Shown: in pieces, positions 12,820 to 24,870 of the stretch
Layout: the number at the start of each line of letters is the position of its first letter
Position numbering within the stretch: the stretch's first letter is position 1
DNA from: Raillietiella orientalis
Taxonomy: Eukaryota
Assembly (NCBI GenBank): GCA_036172245.1
Contig: JAYWIR010000004.1
Location: 1,178,001-1,242,000, forward strand
Direction: 5' to 3'
DNA: 64,000 nt
Made by a program: the position numbers and the translations under genes
Notes under the pieces: model-generated
The model's database searches: none
What the model was told of the DNA's origin: nothing
Seen by the model: the letters and a program-made list of their open reading frames with translations, nothing else

Positions 12820-13720
12820 GAATTCATGCAATGTGGCTTTAGTATGCAAACTCTTCATTTCAGCATAATATTTAAAATAATGCTCTAACTCATTATTCTA
12901 ATCAAAGCATTCCCAATAGAATGCTTTTAAGTGACTCAAGAATAAATGAAGAGCATAACTAGAACTGAAAATACTTACGCTCATTACAGAGAAAAAAGCA
13001 AGTTTTCAAATATAAAAACTGAATTCTCACAATAGTCAAACCTCAGCACAAAAACAGTAGCATTACTTGCTAAAAAGCAACCTTAAAATCATCTATTTCC
13101 CATCAACAGCGGCAACTTGAGTAATTCAATATAAGGACTTCTTGGTTTCGGAGAAAAAAACTTTTGTCCACTTTTATCCTACTTAGGTTGTTGCATGGTC
13201 AGTAAAACTATGCATTTGTGGGCAATTGCAAACCTCGCCGATTCTCACATGAGTTATTAAAGTGGACAGTAGTAAGGTCAAAAATTTGCAAATCATAACA
13301 GATACCAAAGAATTACTGTTCAGGATCTAACAGTACAACTTGTGTGGAGTCAAGTAATTAACTGTTTCCATGGTCTTCTGTAAGACTTAAAATTCAGAAA
13401 ACTTGTGCACTCTTATGCAAACTCAATGAGGGATGAACGATAGACCTCAGTAAAGATCAGTATGAAAAGATTAATGGTAAAGTAAAAGTGGAACTGCCAT
13501 GGAAGATACGAAGATCGCCTGTCTGTCGTAAATTCGGATCAGAAGTATTTGCGGATGAGAAGGATCACAGTAAGTTCACAGTTCATAAAACAGGAAAGTC
13601 TGCAAGACGTTTGCCTGGGAATAACGCTTTGTGAAAAAAAATAAACCTATGATACCTATAATTTCTGCATAAAAAGAATACAGATAGAACCTTTCACACA
13701 TTATTTGCATGCTGAGGATG

Positions 13721-13751
13721 CACTTTGATCTTAGCCAAAAGGCCAAGCGAT
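13721..13751 (-). pseudogene. U2: 5' fragment of U2 snRNA (about nt 1-34, with a 3-nt deletion)
   Basis: The minus strand reads ATCGCTT-GGCCTTTTGGCTAAGATCAAAGTG versus canonical U2 ATCGCTTCTCGGCCTTTTGGCTAAGATCAA(A)GTGTAG. Similarity stops before the GTAGTA branch-point recognition sequence is complete. Confidence 0.85.
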
Positions 13752-14714
13752 GGATTAACTCCTGACCTAAAATCACAACCAGGAGGTTGGTGGAAATAGG
13801 AAATCCGATTCCTACTTCCATAAAATTCCTCCAAAAAAGGATGCTGTTTCTGTGAGTTTCCACCTGTTCCCGTGTAAACATGCAGTAACCTGTACGCCTT
13901 TGACTGTCTCTCAGCACCTGCTGTACAAAACCGCCCATTACTAAACGCGAACGTCGACACGACCTCTGGTGAACAAATCATTGGCTATGAATACGTCTCA
14001 ATAAGTCTCAATTTTCTATGAGGCGGCAACTCCCACCTTCTCGTGCCTTTGCACAACGCAACTGCGGTCGTCTTTCTCGCACCCTTTCGTATCGCCAATG
14101 TCCTCCACGACGCGCGGCTCTTCATTCCATCTACGCGGTGATGGTATAAGTGCGCTCGAACTACCATAAGTTGGCCGAGACGGCACTTTTGACGATAGCT
14201 CTGAACGTGAAGGGTAAAGAAGGAACGTTTTTGAAACAAACAGCCGCGTCGTCATGTGGTCCTTCACGGTTACCAACACATCCGAAACCGCTACGCATTT
14301 CAAAATAAGGAACCTTTGTGATCGTCCCCGTCCGAGTGATCATCTAAGTTAAAGAGTGGGAGAGAATGCAGCTCGAAAGCTCAGAGAGTGATATGTTAGG
14401 AGATCCAAACATTTCGGGTGTGATTCTATAAGCCGGCATCGCTAGAAATGCGTTTTGCATTCATTTACATACTGCCTGAGGACAGCCGAAACAAAGTTTG
14501 ACGGGGAAACGATTTATACACTGCACCACTAGAGAAGGAACGCAGTAGATGCTCCAAAAACTGAATCATACTTCTTCCTGAATACATTTATGTACAATCT
14601 GATTCAGTGTTTACCTTTTCACTTTCTATTTTACTTCAGTCAGTCTCAGACAGATGAAATTTTCCACAGGATCCTCACTGTACTTCGAAAACGTGTATTT
14701 CAAGGGCAATACTT

Positions 14715-17700
14715 TCAATAATTGGTGCCTTCCCTTGTCTGGCTTGCCAGCGTTGTTCCACGTAAACTTGAGGAATCCCGTTTGATGCCTGCAAACAACT
14801 CAAGAGTTGAATTCCATTGGTGTTATACATCTCAATGTATTATACCTGGAGGATTCATTACTAAAAACAATCAATTCTGTGGTTCATATTCTCGTTTCAT
14901 CACACTTGGAAGGTAGATTCTTACAGTTTTCATCAAATTCAGCTGCTACGTTACTGTATCCTTTGTTACTTGAGGTTAATGAATCTGTGGAATCCTCCGG
15001 ACTGATTTTGCTCTCTGTAACATGAAACAGCATGCAAGCAATAATGGGCGCATTTACAAATGTAAGAAAGTCAAATAAATACGTGTCAAATATATACATG
15101 TTATATCTTAGATTAAGAACTCTAATATAAAATTAAAATTGAAACCACAACTCTTCAATGGGAGCAGCCGAAGGTTCAAAAAAGGAAAAGGCAGTTTATC
15201 ATCTTATAAATAATCCGAATGCACAAAAGCACGTGTTATTGGACATCTTCCAAGTGTGCTGTTTCTATGGCTGCTCCTGACATTGGTATCCTAACACATC
15301 AAAGTGAATACGAAAACAGACGCCTGGAGACCGATTTTAGGCACCAATCTCACATGCCTTTTCGTAGCACTTACGATTTCCCAAGAGCACTGATGACACT
15401 GCTCTTGGGAAATACCACTGTCATCAATGGCATTTTCTGGAGTCTTCACTTAGTACACGCGCATCAGAAGCTGTCTGTGGGTATCTGACTGAAAGAGATT
15501 TTTGAACCACATTACTGCAATCTGCAGTTAAAAAAGTGTAGGTATTTGCCCGCGGAGGATACAATTACTATGGGAAGTTTGTTTCTGGTTCTATCTTCCG
15601 GCGAGTGATTCGAGGATCCATGTGAACAAGGGAGTGAGCGACCTGCAACTACCTCAGTCTCACTGGATTACATTTATTCCATTTCGTCTCGGCCTAGCTG
15701 CTGTTCTTTCGGTGACATACATCGAAACTCGAGCGGGAAGACTGGCTTCTACACTTACAGACAATTTCATGTGTTTCTATCACAATTTTTTTAAATGACT
15801 CTCGAGGAATTTTGTGGTGGAAAGTTAATATTGATAAGTGAGGCTGATTTTTGAACTCTCCCTTTCAACGCTGAAGAGTTCTCATTTCATTACCTAAATA
15901 ACGATCGTACACTACGAATGCATGTAACCTAATCATAAGCTGCCCTAATAACCTACATTTAGTTCTGAGATTAAATGCAGGTTATTTCTGAGATCCCGGG
16001 AGCAATTGCAAACACATGTCAAAGAAATCACGAGGAATATGCCTTCAATCTTCTGACACTCAAGATCCTAACCGAACTCAAATACAAACACTTCTTGATG
16101 TTAATATGCTAATGATGAAAATGCTCGTGATTTCATTTTCAATATAGTTGGTTAAAGTCTAGGGAGGTTAACATAACAAAGCAAAGCAATGGATGAAAAT
16201 TTTTTTTTTTTACGAAACTTTGCAGGAAACTGAAAATGACTTGGTTACCAGTCTTCTGCTTCTCGTGCACGTGTCTTGCATTTTCCCTTTGACCCAATGT
16301 ACTGTGAAAGCAGGGCTGTCGCAGTACAAAGGAATGTCTTCCTTCCCATCATCTGATGGAAGCATCGGATTCTTGGCTTTGTTATCTTTCCCTGTTCCAA
16401 ATTTACTTTCGTCCAGATTCTACCTGCTTTTCCCCACAAATCTCATCACGACTGGGTCCATTCAGTGCTTTACTGATTTGCTTTCGTCGAATCAATTCCA
16501 ACTTCCGATCTCAGTTCCAGCTGAACTACGTTCCAACGTTGCCTAGCTTGCAGGACAGAGAAATGACACGAGACCAGCAAACGACTCGAAAAATTCCAGT
16601 CGACGATTCTCAAGATGCGGTATTCTTAAGATTCTTAAGAAGTTCGGAAATCTGGGGAGTTTCCCTCTAGAAATAGAATTCCTCAATTTGGCGCACAAGA
16701 CAGCAAAACACAGTGCTGCACAAAGAGGTCGAAAAAATGTCTATTAGTGGGCTCAGTTCGCAGAAGCGGATCCAATACCTCATGTGAGTATAACTGAGCA
16801 CAGATGGAATGCCAAGGAAACTTCGAAAAGCCATCGCAGCATCATTTTCAATCAGCATGGTCACAGACATCGGAAACACGTTGATGCAATGTCCATTTAT
16901 AGATCGCGGTGCATTTCTGCGGACTTTCCAGGTGCATTCCATAGTACCAGGGAGTCGCAGAAACGCATGCTTCATCCTGAGTAAGGAGCAAAAGTGCCAT
17001 AAAAAGAAAGCAGAGGGAGAAAAAGCACACTGGCAAAGAGGAATGGGAAAGAGGTGGAAAGAATAGGAGAGGCTGCCTTTCAGAGATCGCAGAAGAGAAA
17101 GTTTGGTAAGCTGCTTCACAGTTTAAGACCATCAGCAAGTAGGATACGTTGGAAACTACGAACGAAGATGTGCTACATCATGAATGAGGGGACACGAAAA
17201 CTGAGAGTTCAAGATCACACTCTGGTAAAGTGGCAACGAAGAATACTACTACTTACTGAATATGCTTTTCTGACAAGCGGCAAACCTTAAGGAAGAGTTT
17301 TCTTACAACGCCATAAACGAGATTTTCGATCTAGTACATGGAAGACGGCAGAGAGATGTACGAAGAAAAAAAAAGAAGAAACTCAATAAAATCCAACGAA
17401 GAAACTTTTCCCTACTGCTATAGATCTTCCCCGGATCATATTGCACCGATACACGGTTGGCGCGACGACTACCGGGAAGCTTTCGAAGAGCTGCCTCTCA
17501 GAAGCTTTCGGCCAAAGAGTTTCCCGGAATGTGCGCACAATGCAAGAAGCAGAACCTCTGAATCCGGGAACGCCTCTCGAAAAAAAGGTAGACGTGCTGA
17601 TGGCTCCGATGGAATCGGAGTGGAGCCATCAGCAGCAGGGAGACTGCTCCCATGAGAAGCAAAGCAAAGCTAGCTCGCGTCTGAGCTGCATACTTCATGT

Positions 17701-19785
17701 GCTGCTTGTCATAACGCGGGTTTGCTTTCTTTCTACTCCTCCTTATGACATGGCTAAAGCGGGGATTTCTGTTTTTATTTCACTCGCGAGATGGCAGAAT
17801 TGTACCCTCTATTGGTAGCGAAGTTGCCGTGGAAGGAGCACACAAAGAGAAAAGGGAAAGTCGTGCTCACGCAAATTTAGCGGCTACTTCTTGCGGAGGT
17901 TACATCGAAGTGTTTCGCGGATTCTCCGGAGCCTGCTCTGGACTACGGCAAGTTGGTTCTACAAGATTTTTTTTTTCCTTTCTCTGCACTTAAGGTGCTG
18001 TAACGCACACAACAGAACAACAACAAAAAGAAAGCGGAATGCAAGGGTTCTTTAACCGGAAGTACCACAGCGGCGGCAACACGTAGGACTTCCGAGGTAG
18101 CAGCCCTATAGAGATAGGAAGAGAAGAGATAGGAAAGAATCAGCAGCGGTGTTGGCGGATTGCAGAGGAGGTCCAGACCCGCTGTGAACGTGGGCGTATC
18201 TGCCGCAGTGTAACGAAGATGGAGCGGAGGACGGGCAAGGCACAGTGTGGAGGAAGCTGTTTCTAGCGTGCTGAAATCTCAGTCCAGCCAATGGTCGGCG
18301 AGAAGAAGCAAGGCGAAAGGTGGCCTTTCTTCGTGAAGAGACCCCAAGAGGCGCGAGGGGCGATGCTGCGTGCCGAGGTTTCCGTTCCTCATTTCGTCCA
18401 AGTACGACGGGCCAAGGCACGCAGAGACTTGGGGTGCGATCCCTGCTACAACCCTGCTGACCGGCTCTCGAACCGGGAGTGCGCAAGCAGCGGGAGATTC
18501 CCGGGGTGCACAATGGGACGAGTCGGCCGGGTCCATCAGGCCAGGTCTCCCTATACACTTCCAGCCTCCCGGTTCCTGCCGGAAGGCCCTCTTAGGAAAG
18601 TCCGCCGGGTCCCGTGCAAGAAGCGCGACCTCCGGATTCCTCCTCTTTTCCCCCTTGTTCCCGGACGCTGCCAGGCCGCGAGTGCGCGCCCTCGCCCTGC
18701 GGCGAGGTACGTACCTTTCTGCTCCCGTCGCTTTGTCTGCTTCCACCTGAACTTGTATACCGTGCAGAATATGGCGAAGAGGATGGCGAGCCCTCCGGCG
18801 GCGATGCCTCCGCGGATCAGGTTGGGCTGGAACCCCGCCGTCAGAGCGAATGGCTCGCCTGCCCTTCCGGACAAACACCCACCTTGATCTCCAGCTGCCA
18901 CCGGTCCTGGACCGCCCGCGCACGGTACACCATCAGGTGTACCTCGCTCGAGTGCACGTCCCGGATTCGCTTGCTCCGGGACTCCGCAATGCAGACGTAG
19001 GTACCAGAGTCGTTGACCGTGGCGTACTGGAGGAAGAAAGGAAAGACGGAGGGTAACCGAGCAACCGCTCTCTTGGCGGTGGCCGCGGGCAGCTGCGCTG
19101 CCGTCCGAGCAGCCAGCCCGGTCGGGAGCGCGGTGGGATGGGGACACAGGACAAGGAAGGCGCGCGGCTCCTCCCGGCCCACTCGGGATCGGGCAGAGAG
19201 GAGCGGGGAACGGCAGGAACCTGGGAAAAGGGAAGACTTGGCGATCCTGCCGGTTGTTTCTGTCAGCTACCCTTCGGGAAGGCGGGGTCATCCCTGAAGA
19301 CAGGAGGGAGGGAACAGCCGAGATCACGCAAAGGTGTGGAGGGAGTAGGACCCATCACACCGCAAGCGGAGGCCGATTGAAGCAACAGCGGCAGCGCGCC
19401 GGAAGGGGCGTGGTCCAGGAAGGAAGGAAGAGGACGATGGCACCCCCTTTTGCGAGAGAAACTCTCCAGGGTTTGCCTCTGCGCTCCCCGGAAGATGAGG
19501 AAGGGCGGAAGAGGGGAAAGAGCGTTGCCAAACCTTGACGGTAAGCGATCCGTCGTACGACGAGATTTGGTACTTGTACTCGTTGAAGATGCCTCCGGGG
19601 ACGACCACAGTACGGTCCATAAGCAGCCAGAACTGCAGGGGAAACTCCGGGGTGACCACGGAGCACCGCAGCGTCGCGCTCTCCCCTTCATTCGCCTGTA
19701 ACAGTGGCGTCCCTTCTGGCGCTGCCGACGTCTGGAGAAGCAGCAGCAGCAGCAGCAGGTCTCCCGCTGAAGTCGCTCCCGCCAT
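14715..19785 (-). CDS. Single-Ig-domain type I membrane protein, paralog 1. Exons 19785-19534, 19026-18883, 18826-18715, 15014-14925, 14860-14846, 14788-14715
   Basis: Signal peptide (MAGATSAGDLLLLLLLLQTSAA), Ig domain (EGESATLRC..FWLL..GSLTVK|YATVNDSGTYVCIA..VHLMV), TM segment (PNLIRGGIAAGGLAILFAIFCTVYKFRW) and cytoplasmic tail (...GYSNVAAEFDEN LMNPP GIKRDSSSLRGTTLASQTREGTNY*). All junctions are GT-AG and phase-compatible. Joining the three tail exons across a 3.7-kb intron is inferred from phase. Confidence 0.8.
15376..15413. repeat. 14-bp perfect inverted repeat, 10-nt loop (intronic)
   Basis: ATTTCCCAAGAGCA-ctgatgacac-TGCTCTTGGGAAAT. Confidence 0.85.
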
Positions 19786-21699
19786 GCGGGACCGTTGGCG
19801 GGACGCCTCCTGGTGCCGGTGTCTCTCTGGAACACGAAGGGGCTGGGGAACCTCTTGAGATGGCGATGTCTCTCTACCCGCCCCGCCCCGAGTAGCTGGA
19901 GGCGGTCGCGAGCTGGCGGTCGCACACTCTGCGCGCGCGCCACCCGTTTGCCCGGCCGTGTTCGGCGGCCCCTTCCCCCAAGCATTTTCCCCGCCTCCAT
20001 CCCTCCAGGATACTGCAGCGAAGTTCGAGCGAACGCGGCCTCCCTGCTCTGGAGCGGATGCGGTCTCTTCTGTCTTTTCTTCTGTCACATAAGCTGGCGA
20101 TCGTGCCCATTGCTGCTTTCGTCACTCCTACGATCGAGTGTTTCGGCTGGTGCCATTGTTGTTGTGATTGTTACGTCAGGCGCGCTGGCGCAGCCACTGC
20201 GACGATCGTCTCGATCGTTGTTGCGATCGCGCTTTTGGTGCGAATGGCCGCAGTCCCCCCAAGGGACCGGTTTGCGTCTCCCTAGCACCTTTCGGTGTGA
20301 CCACTTGAGGTGAGTCCGAAAGTTGGTCCTGGATGGCCTCAGAATGAGGTCGCAGCCCACCTCGTTTCTGGCGATCGAGCGCGCGTGGGGAAATTCCGTT
20401 CCAGGTAGCCTCCCTTCCCTTCTTAATAATCCTCGGACGAGAAGTAGCACCTTCCGGCAAAGAGTTCCTGGACCAATCGACCGTACGGGAATCCCGCCCT
20501 ACGGAGCTCGCCCCCTGTTGTGAAGGGATCGGATAGCCCTTGGTGCACCCACCTTAGTTCGATTCCACAACGGCTGGATCCGTTGCGACTGGATTTCGGC
20601 GAAGACTGGTCGATGGCGCACCTATCGACGGGCCAGACCACTAACAAAGACCGGCCATGTGGTATTCAAATGCGGATGCTGCGTGGCTGTTGCTCCTTGT
20701 AACATGCAGCAGCTTTCCCGATCATTCTGCTCGTGCAGCACCGGAGATGAGCAGGCAGAATCGGAGCAGAAGTCGGCTGATCGGAGGACCCTCCCCTCTT
20801 CACCCCCCGGGACTCTTAAGGAAACGCAACGCCTTGAGGTGCGATCACTGATCGGCCGAGTGTGGCTGAAGCGCGCGCGCCTCCTCGAACGCATTTTGTC
20901 GTAGGCACAACGGGCAAAGCCAGGATAAGAAGGAAATTGTTTTCTTGGTTCTGAAGCGGCACGACGTAAATCGAGTTCTTTTCCTCTTCGAAACCTCCGG
21001 CGGATTCGCGAGGTGGCATTTTTCGCCCCTCCCTTCCCCCTTCATTCTCTGGGAGCCGACTCGGGAAGTCACTGTTTCCGCGTGGCGAATTCAGTGTCCT
21101 CGAGCGGAAGCTTCTGGATTCGTTAAGCGGAGGCCGGCGTGAGACCGACTACACCTCATCGGGAACGACAGGAGGGAATTCACACCGAAAAGGAGATTTT
21201 CGTCACTCAGTGGCCCTCCCTGTCAAGGGGCACGGGGTGCCGCTCGGTCTGCTCGGGAATTCGAGACCTGGGGCGCATCAAGCGGCTGGAACGGCGATGG
21301 ATTCCACCGAGAGGGATTCGTGGCGACTGCGGCGCACTTTCGTCCCGCCGTTGGGAGCACAGGTGCGCATGCGCGCACGCACTTCGGCTGTCCCACACGG
21401 TGCCCCAATTCGGCAGGAAGGAGTGGAAAATCGAAAACTCGACGACGTCCTCAATGACACACTGACGGAAGAAGAGCCGGAGGGTAACAGGGGGAGCAAT
21501 GAAATGCAGACCGGACGCGCGGGCACTCCGAACGCGTGTGTGCTGTCCGCACACGCGAAGAACTGTGTGTTCTCGCAACCAGGTAACACGCCCACTCGTC
21601 TCCCGTCTCGGCCAGTGGAGTTTTCGTGATCGTCATACTGTATCAAAGATCCTGACGAAGTATGATTTCAGGATCTTCGATGACGAAGCTCATCCAATA

Positions 21700-22650
21700 A
21701 TGGAGATGGAAGATGGGAGGGGGGGGGGAGCACCGTGCCACCTGGTGCCATCTCCACATCACGCGCAACTCCCAAGACCAAAGCATAAAAAGTCCATCTC
21801 GGCACGAATTACTGGACCTGCTGGGATTACCCAACAGCAAACTCCGCACCGTCGCACAAAGGTACACGGGTCTTTCAGCATACGCGGGTTCGAACCTCGC
21901 GTTTACTCTGCTGTTTGGTCAGCTGATAATGCGTGCCCAGGGAATGCCCTCACCTGTGCGTCGGAATATCGACAGAGCACGTTTCGAAGCAAAAGTTGCA
22001 CACCGTCGAGCGCATCCGGACGAGCGGGGGCCGCCTGTTGCTTGACCGTCACTCAGCAATAAATTTGATTCAGTTTGCTAACGGGAGTGTTCCCTGGAAC
22101 GGATACGCCTAGAGCAGGCGTGACGGGACAAACAGAAAAGTGTTTGCACATGCTAAATACATGCTTTTTCACTTTCTTGAAACGCACTTTTGGCGTCCTT
22201 GAGTGTTGCCCTGCCCGGCTTGCCCTCTTAGATTCCGCCGCACAATCGTGTGTGCGTGAGATTCAGGAATCTTCCAGAGGGAGACCGTTAGGATGTTGTT
22301 CTGAGGTCGCGCTGATCCGGAACCTTCGCCTCAGGGGCAGGTCCTCCCTTTCGTCTTCCCGTCTGCAACGGCTTGCGGATGTGGGGCGACACATAACGGT
22401 CTCCCAAGGGTGCCCTTGAGCGGAGGAAAGTAACGCCAGTCGCTGCATGCAAGAAAGACCCCCGACTTGAGTACGCTGCACACTCCGTGTTCGGGGGAGC
22501 CTGATGCAACTTGTGATGGCACGACGTGGTGCCAGACAACCAGCCAAGGTCGCAGAGCGGATTGCGGCACGAGCGAAAGAGGTCGCACATAGCGGGGAAT
22601 CCGCTGACCGTTGCTTGGCAACGCGGGCACCCAGATCAGAGCCCGCAGAA
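21700..22650 (-). mobile_element. Highly decayed C-terminal part (Zn knuckle/RLE region) of an RLE-type non-LTR retrotransposon
   Basis: Frame-shifted pieces SGVFLACSDWRYF (cf. G..RFADWRFIHRAR of NeSL/Utopia), SRCRREDEREDLP (cf. CRRC..ETL.H) and LWSWELRVMWRWH (cf. terminal I.WSR.IW..H) occur in the expected order. Confidence 0.4.
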
Positions 22651-23073
22651 CTGGATCGTTTCATCGATTTCTTAGCGACCGATCCAAAGATTATTCATGA
22701 CAATCCCCATTCCCGCCTAGGCACGTTGGATCTCGTTTCTGGTAGCTACTGAGAGAGCCTCCCTTCCCACTCTCGTCAAGCGCGAGGACGAGGAAACGGA
22801 AAAGAGCAGATTGCAAGATTTTGACGTCCTCCGAAAAGACCTGACGCCCCCCCCCCCCGCTGTCCCTCTCTCCCTCTCTTAAAACCGAAGTTTCATGCCG
22901 AGAACGTCGCTGGGAGAAGGGAGGAGAACGAAAAAAAGCGCGAGAAGCATACAAGCGACGGAGCAGCGCTCGAAGGCCGTCTAGAGGGCGCAAGAAGGGA
23001 GAGGGGGGAAGACATCCGCACGCGCACACGAAAGGACAAACAGACAAGCAAGCAGACGCTCCTGAGGACTCAC

Positions 23074-23180
23074 CTCTCTGTTGCTGGCGCGCGAAAGCTC
23101 GCGCAGCGGCTGCTTCACGCAGGCACGAAGGCTGCCGGTTGACCCACGCTCGCTGTGGAAGGGTGGACGCGACTACTCAG
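23074..23180 (-). promoter_or_regulatory. Putative non-coding first exon / CpG-rich promoter of Ig gene 1
   Basis: Perfect donor AG|GTGAGT at 23074/23073 inside a CpG-rich segment. A matching acceptor CCCCTTCGTGTTCCAG| lies at 19827/19826, 41 nt before the ATG. The exon's 5' boundary is approximate. Confidence 0.4.
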
Positions 23181-23879
23181 CGTTTGTGCTCCCCTTGCGC
23201 ACGCGCGCAGGTGGTGGAGATGCTGCTGCTGCACTTCCTCTCCGCCCACACTCTCTCCTCTCGCTCCCACCTCCCTCCTTGCGCTCTGGGAAGAGAGGCG
23301 GACCTTTGCACAACGGGCGAGAGTGCGCAGGCTGCCACCCATCGGGTCGCCGTCATGTTGTAAGAGACGCCTGCTCGAGCCACGAGGGATCCACGAGACT
23401 CCTTACGATAATGCAAAAAGGACGGGAGGGAGGGATCGAGCCAATCGGACTGCCTGCGAAGCGATGCAACTGTCTGGCCGCAGCGGGATCACTGATCAGC
23501 CTAAGGGAGGAAGGAGAAGACGGGGTGGGTGGGGAAAACCCTGCAGGTGCCCCGGAAGTTTCCATCGTTGCTAAATGAGACCATCAAGCAGGTGAGAGAA
23601 TGAGGAGGACACGAGGGGACAATCAGGGTCTCGAGAGGGAGGATGCAACGCCTGCCCCCGTACCCCACACGAGCGTCACCCACCCATAGATGGCTCCGAA
23701 CACGCATTCTTCCTGCTCGAATCCGTTTTCTGGAGGCAAAACGGGAGGAGAGTCGAAAGGATGGGATCTCATTCCTCGAACCCGAAGCATGTCCGAGCGT
23801 CAGCGGCGGACGGTGGAAGCGAGGGTCATCTGTGACGTGACCTCTGGTCTCCCTGTTTCGCGCCCCCCCAATGCGTATC

Positions 23880-24870
23880 CCGGGGCCACTTCCCGACCCT
23901 GGTTCCTCCCGGGCTCGGGGCAACTCCGTTCGTCGGCTGGGTGTTTGGTCCGATGTCTCCATTGCGCCGGGCAGTTGGCAAGGAAGACACCTCGCCGATG
24001 GATGAGTCGTGGAACCTCACGTGGCCTTGTACGCTCCTAGAATTCGCCTTCTAAAGAAAGCTCTCTGCCCCCGTCGTGTCAGAGGAATGTGGCCAGACAG
24101 AGCTCCTGCGAACGGGACGCCTCACGAGTGAACCTCTAGCTCTCTGGTCCAGTCTCCAGGAACCGCCTCTGGAATCCCTCTTGATCGGTAGCGATTGGCA
24201 AAGTCTCCTTCCCTTCTTCGACTGACCCTCCTGATTCCGAACGTTTCCTCTGAGCAGCATCCCTGAAAGGACAGGAATCGATCGGACCGCCCTCCATTGC
24301 GTGAACCCTCGCAAGGCCATGTCAAGGAGCTGCTGCGTTTCCGGACAGGGAAGACAAAAAACCATATGGGTACTTTTCACTGACCGAAAATGGGGGACGG
24401 AAGGATGGGGTGGTGAAATTCTAGAATGAGGATGCGCACTTAGGTATCCGCCGCCATCGTTCCCGGATGGAACGCAAATACCTGAGTATTGGCACCTGTG
24501 GCTGGGGGGCTCAGGTGTGCGCGCATTCGCTCGATCGGTTCCTTCGCTCGGAAAAATCCGGGAGCTCTCGGCAATAGGAGCGCACAGGTCACTCTGGTGG
24601 TAGTCAGCCACATGACCTGCCATCCTGAGCAACAGCGACCAGAGTTCCAAACCTCTCTCTTGAAGCTAGCAGTGACACGGACCGTATCTTCCGCTGACCG
24701 GATCCCGCAGTTTGGACGTCGAGACTCGCCGACGCATCCTCGCAGAAATGCGCATCTTCACGAGATTTTTTTTGTTGTTTACCGCACCCGTCGAAAAATA
24801 CTGGCGCAAGAATCGCTTTCTCGCGGGAAGACTGATTTGCATCTCGTCGCCCCGCGCCGGCGTAGGTGAT
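23880..24870 (-). mobile_element. Highly decayed reverse transcriptase region of an RLE-type non-LTR retrotransposon
   Basis: Frame-shifted pieces DRFLSFQGCCSEETF..RRREGDF..GIPEAVPGDW (cf. QKGFL.FDGC.EH.F..ARR..AFGSVPH) followed by RRGVFLANCP and GREVAPGYA (cf. RGVKQGCP; V..LAYADD). Confidence 0.4.

Noticed and set aside
15390..15412. Hammerhead ribozyme (CTGATGA...GAAA)
   Set aside because: No stem II can form between the core motifs. Other CTGATGA sites checked (27301, 28637) also lack a complete core.
21880..21905. B-box-like GGTTCGAACC as a second SINE or tRNA
   Set aside because: No convincing A-box, tail or TSD; it lies within a decayed retroelement region.
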